Origin: Blepharisma stoltei ATCC 30299
Taxonomy: Eukaryota; Protista; Ciliophora
NCBI GenBank assembly: GCA_965603825.1
Contig: CBFDEM010000050.1
Location: 248,001 to 312,000, forward strand
DNA: 64,000 nucleotides
Direction of reading: 5' to 3'
The position numbers and the translations under genes are program-made. Each line of letters opens with the position of its first letter. Within the stretch, counting starts at the first letter, position 1. Under the pieces are notes generated by a model that saw only the letters and a list, made by a program, of their open reading frames with translations, was not told where the DNA came from and ran no database searches. Shown here one piece after another: positions 27,829 to 41,199 of this stretch.

Positions 27829-29751
27829 ATGCTTTTAATTATTAATCAACTTATGAATAAATATTCTGGCTTTTTAATCAGCCCAAAAAGTGCACAAAGC
27901 AGCAGAATTTTCAGTCCTCCCTGCTCCCGCCCTACATCTTCTATATCAACAACTGCCAAAACTTTTATGAGCAAGCCTTTTCATTTTCCTGAAGAAACTA
28001 CTTCTTTTTCTCATCAACAATCAATTGATGCACAATGGCCTGAATTTGAACTTCCAGATTCAGCTGACCCTAACACATCAAGATATGCTCTCCCTATTAA
28101 TTTTCCAATCCGCCCAACAACATCTCAATTAAGTGGGCTAACTTTGAAAGAAAATCAAAAAAATCATATGAGATCATGCTCAATGTTCAGCTTTTTAGAT
28201 GGCGAGCCAATGGAGTTTAATGTTGTGGGGCATAGAAGAATGCCTTCAGAAGACCAATTTACGAAGATTTTGGACAAGCTTGAAATGGTAATTTCAAATA
28301 AAAATCTAGTAAACCAAAAAGTCCCGTTACGAGAAGGTGTCCCTGTTGATTTGTTATTAGATGAAGGAACAATTCAATATTTTAGAGTCCGCTCTAAAGG
28401 AAGAAAATCGCCTTTGTGAGTCTCAATTAAAAAGACTAAAGGAAAACTGATAACTTTTGTATCGAGAACTATACCTGAACCAAGCGAGCATTTATGTGAC
28501 CAATTATCGAAATTTGACAACTTTGAGATAAGTGATGCTGGCCTTAGGTTTCGCTGTGACAATATTTATTTAGCTATTCAAGCAATTGAATATTCTAATT
28601 TCTCGATAACTGTTGGATTTGGCCTTAAAAGACAGCAAAGCTTGGTCAGCAGTCCAATTGAAAAATTTGAATCGGAAACTCCTATCAATGAGATTCAAAA
28701 AGATGAGTCAAAGTATCAGCTTGCTGAAAGAGTAGAAAAAGTGCTTTGCAAAAGGAGAAGAACTGCTTTATCCTTGTCAAAAGAAAAGGATTTTGTTAAA
28801 AACAATATGCTCATTTCCCCAAAAGACGAAAAAAAAGATAAAATCACTTGGGAAGAAAAGAGACTCAAAGTCCTCAAAAATAAAGAGCAAATTTTTAAAG
28901 AAAAAAAAGACAGAACTATTAAAGTGTTAAATAGGCAAGCCATAAGAATGGAGAGAGAAAAAGAAGAAAAACGCCTAAATGAAATTAAAAACGCGTTGCT
29001 AGAAAACCAAAAATCTTGATTTTCTTTGATTTATTTTAGTATTTCTTTAAATAAATTCAAAGAATTAAGAGTTGCATGCAGAGCGAGCGCATTTTTGAAA
29101 TTATCCAAAACTCGCTCAATTCGAAGTATTCAGCGTGCATATAGATCCTATACTAACAACTTAGACATAAAAACACTAAACACTCTTCGAGCATCATCAA
29201 TTTTGAAATATTATTTCAACCATACAAAACCTTTAATTAATATACCATTGAAATCTCAAATTGTAAAATGTATTAAAGAAAGCGCCAAACATCATATTTT
29301 ACCATATGGATTTACACGACTGTATAAAAGAATCGTCAACATTCAACGAGCTTGGCATATGTATAACGCGAAAAGGAAAAAGCGATGGGAAAGCTTGATT
29401 AGATTCTGAAACGAAATGCTTGAGATCCTCATAAAAGAATCGAGCAATAAAGCAATTCGCAAAAAGAAAAAGCTATTAGATAGTAATAAATACGCCAAAA
29501 TTACCTTAATATCAAGAAATCAAGTTTTAACAGAGTATTTTAGGAACTGCAAAAGAAATTTTCATATTCAGCTTCGAGACTATATTGCTAATACTAAAGA
29601 ATCAGTTAGAAGAGGAGTCAAAGCATTTAGAATGGCAATTACTAAGGGAAACGAAGATAGCCCAGCATATATAACTTTTGCCCCAGATTTCAAATATCTC
29701 CCATCAACCGAAGAATTGATAAAACTTATCGAAAAAGCAACAAAATTGTAA
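27829..29751 (+). CDS. Hypothetical coiled-coil protein with IQ-like motifs (~640 aa)
   Basis: Four ORF pieces in one frame joined by TGA; IQRAYR and IQRAWH motifs. Start may be 27853. Confidence 0.78.
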
Positions 29752-29804
29752 ATTACTAATTAATAAATAATTATTTTTCCCAAATCCATAATATTTATCT
29801 CATA

Positions 29805-31850
29805 ATGGTTATCACTAGAGGTAGTGCAGCAAAAAGGAAAAATTTAAGTCCAGGAACTGCTATAAAGAAAGTTAAAGAATCACTAATGCTTACAGCCGAC
29901 GATCCAAGGCAAAACCCCAACACAGATGAAATCAATATTGATATAAAAATTACCAAAAAATCAAATAAAATAAAATACACAATTGACGATGACAATGATA
30001 CAGATAATGCTTATCAAACACCAAAAGTGAACAAAAACCAAAGGCTTTTTAATAACTCAGATAAGCCAGTGTCAAAAAGTGTTCCGCCAAAAAGGCTTGA
30101 AGAAAGCAGCTCAGATGCTAATTCTGAAAGCAGATACCCACCTAGAAATAGAAAACCTACTAAAAAAATGATTCAGCTATTAGAAAGCGGATCATATAAA
30201 CTCAGGCAAAAACAAAGACCTTTGCAAACTATTAAAAGAGTTTCTAAAATCAAAGAAAACTCGTACAAGTTTAGAGATTACATAGAGATCAGCAATTTAG
30301 AATGAATTGGAAATCCAGAGGTAAAATACACAAGAGGAGGAAAAGACCTAATTTTTTACGAGAAAATAAGAAATAACTTATCACAAGAAGAATTCAGCCA
30401 AGGAGACATTATTGAGATTTATCCTGTTGACAGCCAAAATCCTATACATGCGGATATCATATTTCTATTTGATGACAGCGGAGAACAAAAAGCAGAAGTC
30501 CGTCTAATTCATGGCCCAAAAAATTCACTGGTTGAATCTTATGAGTGTATTATCATTCAAATCACAAAATTTTACCAAAAAGTAGAATTCACCCCTGAAA
30601 ATGGCTATTTATGCAACACCATAAAAACATTTGAAGGATCAATAAAGAATGTGAATCCAAACGAAAGAAGAGAAAGGTCATTGAACTATTCAAAACTCTA
30701 TTCAGAGCTCTATCAAAATAAAAATCCTTTACTCCATGCAATTGCTTTACTAACGCTTTCGTCAGTTCCTTCAAAGCTTGTAGGAAGGGAAAAAGAAGTT
30801 GAGGAAATCACAGAATTTATTACAACTTCAATTAAACTTTTTGGCTCAAAAAATTCACTATATATATGTGGAGCTCCTGGGACTGGAAAAACCGCAACAT
30901 TTCTATATGTGATAAACTTTTTAGAGAATAATCCAGAATATTCCGAAAAATTTCAATTTGTTTATATAAATTGCATGAAGCTCAAAAGTCCGAAAGAAAT
31001 TTATACAGTGCTTTGCCATGAAATTTTTGGGTCTCAAAGATCAAATAAAAAATCTATTGAGAAGCTTTCTGATTATTTTAAGAATGAAAAAAAAGAGCAT
31101 CTTATTGTGCTTTTGCTAGATGAAATTGATGCGCTGCTTAATAGAAAACAAGATGTGATTTATAATATTCTCAACTGGTCAACCCTAAGAAATTCAAATT
31201 TAATTACAGCAAGCATAGCTAATACAATGAACTTAGCAGATGAATTTTTCCACAAGATAAAGAGTAGAATGGGACAAAAGCAACTAGTTTTTGCCCCATA
31301 TACAAGAAATGAGCTAGACAGTATTGTAAAAAAGAGACTTGTGGACACTGAAGTTTTCAGCAAAGAAGCAATTCTTTTTGCAGCTGCCAAAGTAGCTTCA
31401 TACTCAGGTGATGCAAGAAAAATATTTCAAGTATGCAAAAGAGCTGCATTCATAGCAAATGAGCAAAAGCAACCTATTGTAAAAATGGAGCACATCCAAA
31501 TAGCTTCTAAACAACTGCTAGCATCACCTATTTCACAAATGATAAGCCAATTGCCATTTTATTTGAAACTCTTTTTAATCACTCTTTGCATAGATCTAAA
31601 AGTAAATTTACAAGAAACTTCTACGGTGGGGAAATTAAAATTTAGGATTGCTCAAAGTTGTGACTTTTTAGGAAAAGAAAGACTGAAATTAGTGGAAGTT
31701 GAAGAAATTGCTGGAAGACTGGCAGCTTTTAAAATCATTGCAAAAGAGGAGGATGTTGTGAAATTTCTTATAAGTCCTAATGAAGTAATTGATGGGCTGA
31801 AAGAAGACGAGTTAATGATCAAATTCGAGTCATCTCTTTGTGGGAATTAA
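29805..31850 (+). CDS. ORC1: Origin recognition complex subunit 1 (BAH-like + AAA+)
   Basis: Walker A GAPGTGKT, INCMKL, Walker B LLDEID, QDVIYN, IANTMNL, SGDARK. The upstream ORF joins through E-W-IGNP and a BAH-like segment. Confidence 0.85.
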
Positions 31851-31885
31851 TTTAACGTAAAATTTTTTAATCAAGGTAAATTTTT

Positions 31886-33604
31886 TTAATAAGTTTTATG
31901 AATGTTTATAATAAATTCAGTATACTTTTGGAGTGATGGTTCTGTTATGCTTCTTATATGGTTTTCTAGTTTTGTGTTATAAATTGAAGGAACATGAGAA
32001 ATAATCGACAAAATTCTTGCGATAACTGGGATATCTGTAATATTCTCTAGGAATTTCTCAAGTGTCTGTGTCAAATTTTCTTTAAAAATATAATGCAGCC
32101 CATCGAATCTTGATATATTTGCTAAAGTTCCTAAAATTGCTGAAATAATTTGTATATCACCTGAATCTAATAATAAAACTAATGCTTCAATATTCTTATT
32201 TTTCTTTCTTGCTAATAAATCATTAATAACCTTTTCACTCATGACTAGATTTGAAATCAATTCACAAGAGCTTCTTTGAATCATAACGTTTTCGCTATTA
32301 ATCATATTAAAAGCAATTTCTCAACCTCCATGACTCAATAAAGCCTCCCTAATATTTTCATTAAAACTTGCTAAATTCGTAAGAGCTAATAAAACTTCAA
32401 ATTCAGTGAGTTGATGCCATGCATTTTCAAGAGACTTAAGGAGCAAAGGAATAGAATCAATCAATACTTCGTAATTAAGGCTTGATGGATTTGTAAAGAT
32501 CAAAAGCCTAGCTATAGTGTGCCCAGCAATTACAGGCTTTAAAGCGCTGCCTTTTATTAGAAAATTAATACCTCCATATTGTAATATAGGAATCCTCATT
32601 TCTCTATTTTCACTCATGACAAATAAAAAATAAATAAGGTCAATTTTAGAAAAGTTTGAAATATTTTTTTTATTTGCTGTTATAAACAGCCCTAATAAAG
32701 CTGCCTGAGAATTTTTTGAGTTTAATAAACTTCTTATCCTTAAGATTTCATCTTTAGGCCCAGAATCATAATCATCATTCAATAAAACAAAATTTTTCAA
32801 GGTATTGTGGATTAGCTTAGTCTCTTCATGTGTAATTTCTTTTCTTTTATCATGGAAAATTCATTCATCTTCTTTGCTTATAACTAAATTTTTCATAATT
32901 GTTGGCAAATAAGAAAATTTCTTTGTTTCTAGAATTAAATCAATATAACTAAGGCACTTAATTTTAAATTCAAAGTGAAATGTCAAATAGCAGAGTGACT
33001 CTAAAATAATTTTTCTATTTTGGTTTCCATCTAGAAGGTATTTTGATATGTTTGCAAAATCTATTAAACTTGAAGTCCTGTTCAAAATTGATGTGGTTGA
33101 AAGCTTTGCAAGAAGCAGAATCAACAAAGGTTCTATGTCAGGATTAAGAGATTTTAATATTTCTTCATTTAAATTGGCTAAAATAGCTGATATTTGAAAT
33201 CGAGGTTCTTTATGAGATGCTAAATTTATTAATAGTTTTAAAGATTGTTTGCAGAGTTTCATATCACTTGAAATTAAAAATTCAACTAAATTCTGGACTG
33301 GAAATATACTTATAGGCAAACTTCAATCAATTAAAGCAAATTCTGACAAAATAAATAAGGAAGAAAAAATATTTTGATTATGGCAAAAGCAACTCCTTAC
33401 GTAATTTTCAAGTAATCCTCTCTCTTTTAGTTTTATCAATATACTGATAAGCAAATCGCTTAGTTGAAATAATTCTTTATCAGAAAAACTTTCTAAATTG
33501 CTTGTTAAAATCAAATCTGCATACAATTTACTAAATTGTCCTAATTCATCAGTAGTTGAACTACATAAATTGAGTAATTCTCCTATCGAGCTTAATGGTT
33601 GCAT
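31886..33604 (-). CDS. UCS-domain (UNC-45/She4-like) ARM-repeat myosin chaperone (572 aa)
   Basis: HTIARLLIFTNPS, LTEFEVLLALTNLAS, IQRSSCELISNL; four pieces joined in frame by TGA. Confidence 0.78.
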
Positions 33605-33807
33605 GATTTCTACTCTTAAAAAAACAACTCAATTATAATAATAAATAACTATTTTCTCTTAATTTTATTTTATATTAATGTATAATTATATGAGATAATT
33701 AGCTAAGATATTAAAGAATCTTTTCTGAAAATTCTAATTTCTGATCTAGTTTTGCAGTAAATAAAGCCATTTTCCTATATATCAAAACTGTCATTTTTTT
33801 ATCAGTA

Positions 33808-34524
33808 ATGCTTATAAAACATAAAATGAGCGAGACAAGATCCACATTCGTCCCAGGAATCACAGGATACGATAAATATAGCGTACTTTCGATCTATATC
33901 CTATATACAGTAACAAAAATAGCTGCAATCTTGATACTTCAAGATACATATAGTTCCCGTTGTGTACTGGACCTTAGCGTATATTTAATTTTATATACGA
34001 CGATCGAAATTTTTGACGCATTTCTATTATTAACAATTTTAATAAGAAAATTATTTCACCTAGAGCAGCCTCCAAAAATGTTTATTTTTTCAATACAACT
34101 GAGCATGGAAACGTAATGTTTATGTAGATTCCGAATTATGATATTAGTCGTAACCTCTATTGATCTAGTCAAAGAAATGGATTGCTTACATGGAGCAATT
34201 GAAATTCTTGCTGGAATTTTGGTGTGTAGCGAAATTATCAAAGTTTTATTCCTGATAAAGCCAGCACACAATTTTGTGAATGAAGTGATGGCAGCTACAT
34301 CTTATGATTACTTTGATGACGCAACAATGCTCCCACAAATAAATTTGGACCCATATATCAAATCTGATGTAAGTGACAGTTTTTGTACAATTTGCTTAGA
34401 CGATCAAAAAACTGATGAAAGAAGGGTTGCTTTGCCATGCAAACATAATTTTCATTATATTTGCATGAACACATGGGTTACATTTAAAAATAGCTGTCCG
34501 GTTTGCAGAAGCACAATAAGTTAA
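33808..34524 (+). CDS. Membrane-anchored RING-H2 E3 ubiquitin ligase
   Basis: About 4 TM segments, then CTICLDD..LPCKHNFHYICMNTW..SCPVCR; one 15-nt intron. Start 33808 or 33826. Confidence 0.88.
34113..34127 (+). other. 15-nt intron GTAATGTTTATGTAG
   Basis: Removes an in-frame TAA; A at position 10. Confidence 0.88.
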
Positions 34525-34643
34525 ATTGTAAATAAATAAAATTTTGTAAATAATTTTATGTAGTATAATTATATAGTTTACACAGATAAGTAAAAAATAT
34601 CAGCATTGTAAAGATATATTGACATAAATCAAAAGCTATATAA

Positions 34644-35459
34644 ATGTCAAATATACATCGACTAGAACTTGAGCAGCCAATTCAGCATTCAGAAGGCAAT
34701 CAAATTACTAAAATATTCCCAAACTTTGCCCTGAAATCATTTACTTTTACGATCACTATAATTCAGGTTATTTATTTTCTGATCTCTGTCATTATGAGTC
34801 AAAGCTATCAGCCATCTACCTGTGTTTTATACAAATTAGGTGCAAACGTAATATATATTTAGTACGCACCGTCTATTGTTGTTGGTGGCGAAATCTGAAG
34901 GCTTTTAATGCCAATTATGCTTCATGGAAGCTTATTTCACATTATCGTACTTTTTATTTAGCTAAACTTATTTTTTCAATTAAGAATTGGTTTCGCAGTC
35001 GAAAAATACTATCAAACTCCAAGATTTATCTTGATTTATTTAATTTCAGGGATTGGGGGTAATATCCTTAGTGCATACACTCGAAAAGACGGCATCTCAA
35101 TTGGAGCTTCAACATCACTCTTTGGGATCTTTGCTACATTTGGCTGCTATTATGCTTATAACTGGTATACCTTCGGGCCAGGGCGAAATTTCAATTTACT
35201 CGTATATTTATTCTTTGTCATCATTAACTTTATGGCTGGATTTTCCATCCCAAATATAGACATATCAGGGCACATTGGTGGATTTTTAGTTGGCGGGATG
35301 ATTGGATTTCTCTTATTGCCTCGTGAAGAAAACTCTAAAACATGGACTTATATCCGATTTTTCAGTGGCTTTGGACTTGTTCTTTACTTCTCTACACTTG
35401 GTGCTTTGCTTTTTAATCTTGAATTTTTCTGTGAAGATGAAGATTGCAATCTATGCTAA
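34644..35459 (+). CDS. Rhomboid intramembrane serine protease
   Basis: GEI-W(TGA 34896)-RLL..MLHGSLFHI, catalytic GASTS and GHIGG; two 15-nt introns. Confidence 0.93.
34848..34862 (+). other. 15-nt intron GTAATATATATTTAG
   Basis: Removes an in-frame TAG. Confidence 0.9.
34947..34961 (+). other. 15-nt intron GTACTTTTTATTTAG
   Basis: Removes an in-frame TAG and restores the HxxxN motif (HIILN). Confidence 0.9.
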
Positions 35460-35500
35460 TTTCTTATTTAATCCTTAATAAATATGACATATAATTACTA

Positions 35501-36874
35501 ATGGATTTACTTCCTAATGAAGAGTACTTGATAAGAAAAGAAACCTTTCATAAGAATAAACCAGGCACGTTAGGACTTACAAATCTCCGATTAATATGAA
35601 GCGCCATGGATTCTTCAGTCCCAGTCATCCAATTAGCCTATCATAGCATAGAAATAGTGGATCATGTCATGGATGAAGCTAAAACAAAGTCAATTTTAAA
35701 AGTAGCTGGGAAAGATCCGAGCCAAAAACGAATTGAAGTCCATTTTGCATTTATTTCACCAACACACCAAGACGATCTGCAAACTTGTAAAGATTATATT
35801 TTCAGCTATCGTACAAAAAACCAAAAAGTTGACGAGATTTATTTTTTAAGCAAAGATACACAGCAAAAAATAAAAATTTTGAAAAATGACTCAGATTTAG
35901 CTGAAATTCATAGAGTTTTAGTAAGAGAAGGAGACGTTTCTGAAGAAGAATTTTGGCAAGCAAGCTCATCATTTCAAGAATATCTATTAGAAAAAAGGCA
36001 TAATGAGCAAATAATGGGAAAACTAAGCAGCGTTGTTAGAATCCCTCACAGAGTTATACAACAAAACCAAATTGCAGTAGATTTGCTTAATAAACACAAA
36101 GAATTAATTTTTCGGCAACTTCCTGATATAAGGCAAAGTTTCATCCAAAATGTTCCTCATAAAAAGAGCGAAAAAGATTTTTGGAGACATTTTTGGGAAA
36201 AGCAGCTTGAGCTTGGAGCTGCTATGGCAGATTCATTAGAACTCACATCAGATTATATTCCTGAATGTCCATTACAATTTATCGACGATTCATTACCCTC
36301 TAATTACGGAAATTACAGGTCTGTTGGCTCTCAAAATGCAGTTGCCTCTCAAATAATTCAACATATAAATCAGCACTCAGCATTTACAGTAAAATCATGT
36401 AACTTTCCATCAGAATATCGTACTACAGAAAAAAAAGAATTTAAAATTCCTAAACGAAAATTAAGCGACATGCAATTGGATGCGCCAACTCCAGATCAGT
36501 CAAGTTGGCTACAAGAAATTAGGAACTTCACGACAAGTGCTGACATAAAAACTGTATTTCCAAGCATTATGGAATGTGGAGAAGCAATGAAACAAATTTT
36601 CCATCAATTAACAATTGATAGCGAAGAAAATCTTCAAGATGATGTATCAGCGAATAATTTGGCAAAAAAAGTGTATGAAATTTTAAAGCATTTTTATGCT
36701 GAATATCCAGTCACTGAGCAGAAATCAATTATTAGGATGGAAAAAATTGTTCAGGTTGCAAGAAAATTGATTTATGGGCAATCAGCAAATATTTCTCATC
36801 AGATCAGCTGTGAAGCACTGAAAGGTATGGTTGCAGCTGCTGAAGAAAAGCTAAAAATTTTAAAAGGAGAATAA
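35501..36874 (+). CDS. GTF2H1: TFIIH p62 subunit (Tfb1/GTF2H1-like): PH + two BSD domains
   Basis: PH-like GTLGLTNLRLI-W; BSD motifs VSEEEFW and NVPHKKSEKDFWRHFW; INQHS. Confidence 0.82.
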
Positions 36875-36876
36875 AT

Positions 36877-38633
36877 TTAATCGTAAAGCCTATCAAATTT
36901 CTTGGGATTTTCATCAAACCCTTCTGTCTTTTGCATGTCATTATTAACTATTTCGATTGCTGATGAACTGCTTAATCCAAAATCTTTTTCTCTTGCTTCT
37001 CTTTCATTTTGTATTATTGATGCTCCTTCTAGTATTCTATCCGCAGAATATTTATCAGTAAAGCTAAGTTGCCTTATCCTTAATGCAACTATCATTTTTT
37101 CATATAAATTGAAATAATTCAAAAGGCAAAGTATAAGCAATAAAGATGGGAAATACATCCCAAAATCCTTCCCTAAAATTGGAACGAAATTAGCTGCTCT
37201 CATGATCTGGAAAAATTCGCATTTTTTGAATTTCATAAACATGTAAAAGTTATAGGACAAAGGAGTTACTAGTTTTAGCATCATGGAAGCATTTCATATG
37301 AGATTACTAGGGTCTGTATTATTATGTGCGTAAAGGCCATAAAAATTCTCAAGCTTAATATTTGAAAAAGCAAAGTATGTACATGCAATGATATATATAA
37401 GCGGAATGAAAATTATTGCTTGTATCCAATAAACTCCTAGGTCTCTTTCCATTGGGAATCGGAAAATCAATATAGGCTTATTATGTCATATAGTGATTTC
37501 TTCTAAAACTACGCATACACTCATTATAGCGAATAAAATTCCTAAAAGTCTATAGACAATAGGTCGAAATCTTGTGAGTCAAATCCATTCGAAAAATTCT
37601 TTTACCTTTATGTAGCTTCCTCCTCTTTGTGGTATCATATATGAAATCACCTTTTTTTGTGTGCTATTATAAGAATTTGTTATGTCCTCTAAAAACATCG
37701 CTTTTTCAATTAAACTGTTGTATTTATATTTTACCCTTTCCAATTCATCTATTTCTTTTTTGATATCATAATTAATCTCTGATAATCTTTTCTCTGGTAA
37801 GTTTCCGAACTGATTTCTGGTCTCTTCTGATACAAAGGATCGGTTTTCCTCAATCTTTTCTTCTGGGCATCTTGATAAAATCATATCAAGACACGGCTTG
37901 AGTGGGGAAGCATCAGGGATTTGATGAGAAGCCGCAATCATAAGCTTTAAAGTTTCATCTAAATTTTTATTTGATTGCAATAATTGCTGTTCAAGTATTG
38001 TAGCCTGTGAATACAAATCCTTCAAGTATTTTTCAGTATTCCCTAACTTTCAAAATAATTGTGGAACATTTACCAAGCCAAAACCTAATAAAATAATTAT
38101 CATAAATAAGCCTGTGCAGTTATTCAAAATAATGAAAAAAATTGATAAAGTCTCACTAAATATATCTTACAATATAAAATGATTTTGCATAAGTAAATAA
38201 ATAACTAATGCTAGCCCTAATCCGAATACTAAAATCATACTTTTTGTCAGTCTATAAAAAGCTGTTCTTAGTTTGGAGGAAAAAGAAAAATCGCCTGAGT
38301 CTATATATTCTTTTATAAGAGGAAGGACAAGTCTAATATAATCGGTACCAGCCAAGTGCAAAAGAAATTCAATACAGCCATACCCATAGGGGTCTCATTA
38401 CTGCAATGTCATCATGGGGAGATCCAACTTTATTTCTTGTATATCTCTGCTTAGGAAAATACCAAATAAATATCATAAGGAATTAGTGTGATAATGGTAA
38501 ACCCAAGAAAATAGCTAATAAACACAATAAATCCTACACAAAAAGTTGTTCGCTTTGATGCATGAGAATAGACAATGAGCCAGCCATAATAAAAAGATAA
38601 AACCAAAAGAGACCCTGTTAAAAAGTTTAACAT
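36877..38633 (-). CDS. LMBR1-family membrane protein (LMBRD2-like), 3 tiny introns
   Basis: IPYDI, LWVWLYWISFALGWLVLPLIKEYIDSGDF, LLGFGLVNVPQLFW, PLSYNF, YFP after removing introns 38447-38462, 38333-38348 and 38156-38170. Confidence 0.88.
38156..38170 (-). other. 15-nt intron GTAAGATATATTTAG
   Basis: Removes an in-frame TAA. Confidence 0.88.
38333..38348 (-). other. 16-nt intron GTACCGATTATATTAG
   Basis: Needed for the frameshift that restores the conserved W-LVLP..EY..SGDF motif. Confidence 0.82.
38447..38462 (-). other. 16-nt intron GTATTTTCCTAAGCAG
   Basis: Removes a TAA and shifts into the LWVWLYW frame; A at -6. Confidence 0.82.
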
Positions 38634-39364
38634 ATTTTTATACCATATTCTCCAAAAGGAATTTTCTATGATAACAAATGAATGTTAAATTATATTCAGC
38701 CCAACAAATAGGCAGCATATTTTCTTATATATATTCTGTTTCCTTGCAATTGTTTTGGCTTTCACGGTCTAAATTATTATATTTTTTATTTCCTGTAAGC
38801 AATTATTGCGAAGGCCGCTTTTTCTTTGTATGCTAAATGCGACTTAAGAAATTAAAATCAGATATCGCCTTTATTTATATTTTTATTCTTAAAATCTAAT
38901 GTAACAGATAGCCCATTTAAGCATTAAATACAAATTACATTAAAATATGTAACTTAAGTTAAAAAATGAGAGCGATTGTCTTATAAAATTTGATTGAATT
39001 AAAGATTATAGCAAATAAACAGCTCAGGAAATATAAGCATTCCTCTTTTGAGTTTTTTATAAATTTTAATTAGCTTATTATTCTAGTTAATTTTATAGTT
39101 GAAAATCATTAGATATAAATTATTTATTTAGAATTAAAATGATTAATTAGAGAAAACGAAAATTAGCTACGAACAATCCAAATATATTTAGAGAATAATA
39201 GATAGTGATATAAGTATAATCTAATAGACACCAAATAACTTTGAAAAGATTATATAAAATATTTTATTTTGAATAATCTCAATATATCTATAAACTAGCA
39301 ACCACAACCGTTAAATCACAGCTATGCAATTAAAACCTAAACGCTTTAACTACGGAAATTAATT

Positions 39365-39697
39365 CTAATCTGCCATGCTTTCGTCTTGCTTAATGTGTGC
39401 TCCAGCTTTGTCCATGAATGATGCAAGTCACACCTGCCCATTCGTTAATTCTTGTTTTGATTCAGGTGGGAATTTAATTGCAACACTATTATGGCTCAAT
39501 GACCAGGCGGGTGGGCATTGATTCTTGGCTGCTATTTTGCCAACTGTTTCGACAAAATCCCAAGCTTCTTGCGAATTATTAAAGTAGAACGTTTTTCTTA
39601 ATTCCGAAGAGTCATGTGATACACTCCAAGAAGGAAGAAGCGATTTTAATTCTTTCAACTGGTTAAGACTAACTTGGGAGGCAAATTTCCTTAGCAT
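39365..39697 (-). CDS. Pterin-4-alpha-carbinolamine dehydratase-like protein, probably mitochondrial
   Basis: LLPSW, ELRKTFYFNNSQEAWDFVETVGKIA, LT..QV-W-LASFMD; TGA read-through to TAG at 39365; MLRKFAS presequence. Confidence 0.75.
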
Positions 39698-39973
39698 TTT
39701 TATTATCGACAATCCATATTGGTTGATCTGCATAACGAGTATTACCTTAAGATTTTAAAAGAAGCAAAAGATATTTTTATTATATTGCCGAGCTATTTTG
39801 CTTTGTAAAAATTTAAAGTTTTGCATAGCATTTCAAAAATTGTTTGAGGACTTCAATAAAAAATTTCTTCAACTTTTCTGTCCACTTTTATCTTTTTGAT
39901 TATTTCTGACTTAGGCGTTTACTTATTTTTAAGTTTTGTCTAATTTACCTATATATCACCATTTGCATACGTC

Positions 39974-40987
39974 ATGAACAAAAAGGTTATTCTCCTAAAA
40001 AGACCAAAAGGGATCCCTCAAGAGGATGACTTTGCTATAATAGAAGAGCCCATAAAAGCTAATTTCAATGATGGTGAAGTTTTAGTTAAAGTAAAATGAA
40101 TTTCAATTGATGCAGCCCAGCGGGTCTGAATAGCAGGATCTCGGTCATATATTGATCCAGTCTCTATAGGATCAGTTGTTAAAGGATTAGGCGTGGGGCA
40201 AGTTATTATCTCAAAAACCCCTCTTCTGAAAAGAGGAAATTATGTTGCTGGATTTTTACACTGCCAAGAATTTTGTAAAATTAACGCGTCTGAATTGTGA
40301 AAGCTACCTTCATATGAAAATCCTCAACTTTACTTAGGAGTTTTAGGCATAACTGGCTTATCTGCTTTTTTTGCAATTGAAGAACTTGCAAAACCTAATA
40401 GAAGAGACACAATAGTTATTTCAACTGCTGCTGGAGCTACTGGATCTATTGCTTGCCAATTAGCCAAACTAAGAGGTGCAAAGGTGATTGGCATTGCAGG
40501 AAGTGAAGATAAATGTGACTATCTCAGGAATGAATTAAAAATTGATGCAGCGATTAATTACAAAACAGCAAGAAGCATGAATAGTGCCTTACGCGAACTC
40601 TGTCCTGATGGAATTGATATATATCTTGATAATGTGGGTGGAGAAATATTAGATGCAGTACTTTTGAATATAAAAAAGCATGGCAAAATTATCGCATGTG
40701 GAGCAATAGCCTCCTACAATTCAAAAAAGCCAAAGCCAATTTATAACTATCCTTTAATTATTGCATTATCACTAACAGTAGAAGGCTTTATTGTATGGGA
40801 CTATAAAAATAGATTTCAATTGGCTACTAGACAGTTGAGCAGGCTTGTACAAGAGAAACAATTAATATATAAAGAGCACATACTAGAAGGAATTAAAAAA
40901 GTGCCTGAAGCTTTAAGGCTACTGATGACAGGAGAAAATCAAGGGAAATTGATTGTTAAATTACAACACAGTGATCCTCATCTTTAA
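39974..40987 (+). CDS. NADP-dependent alkenal/prostaglandin reductase (PTGR/MDR family)
   Basis: KRPKGIP, V-K-W-ISIDAAQRV-W, LGITGLSA, STAAGATGS, GIDIYLDNVGG, GENQGK; C-terminal PHL is a possible PTS1 variant. Confidence 0.92.
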
Positions 40988-41199
40988 TGAATAAAGACAT
41001 AATAAAAAATAATAGTAAAAAATGCTTAATTAGTTTCATTTTATCGGAAAGCATGCTAAAAAAGTAATTAAGTAAGAAAATATTTAATATTTTAAATAAT
41101 TTTAAATTATGTTTGAATTGTTGATGGCATATTATAGAGTTTTAATTTTGAAATTTTAGTTTAGGAAACTTATATTGAGTGAGTTTAAAAAATATTTTA

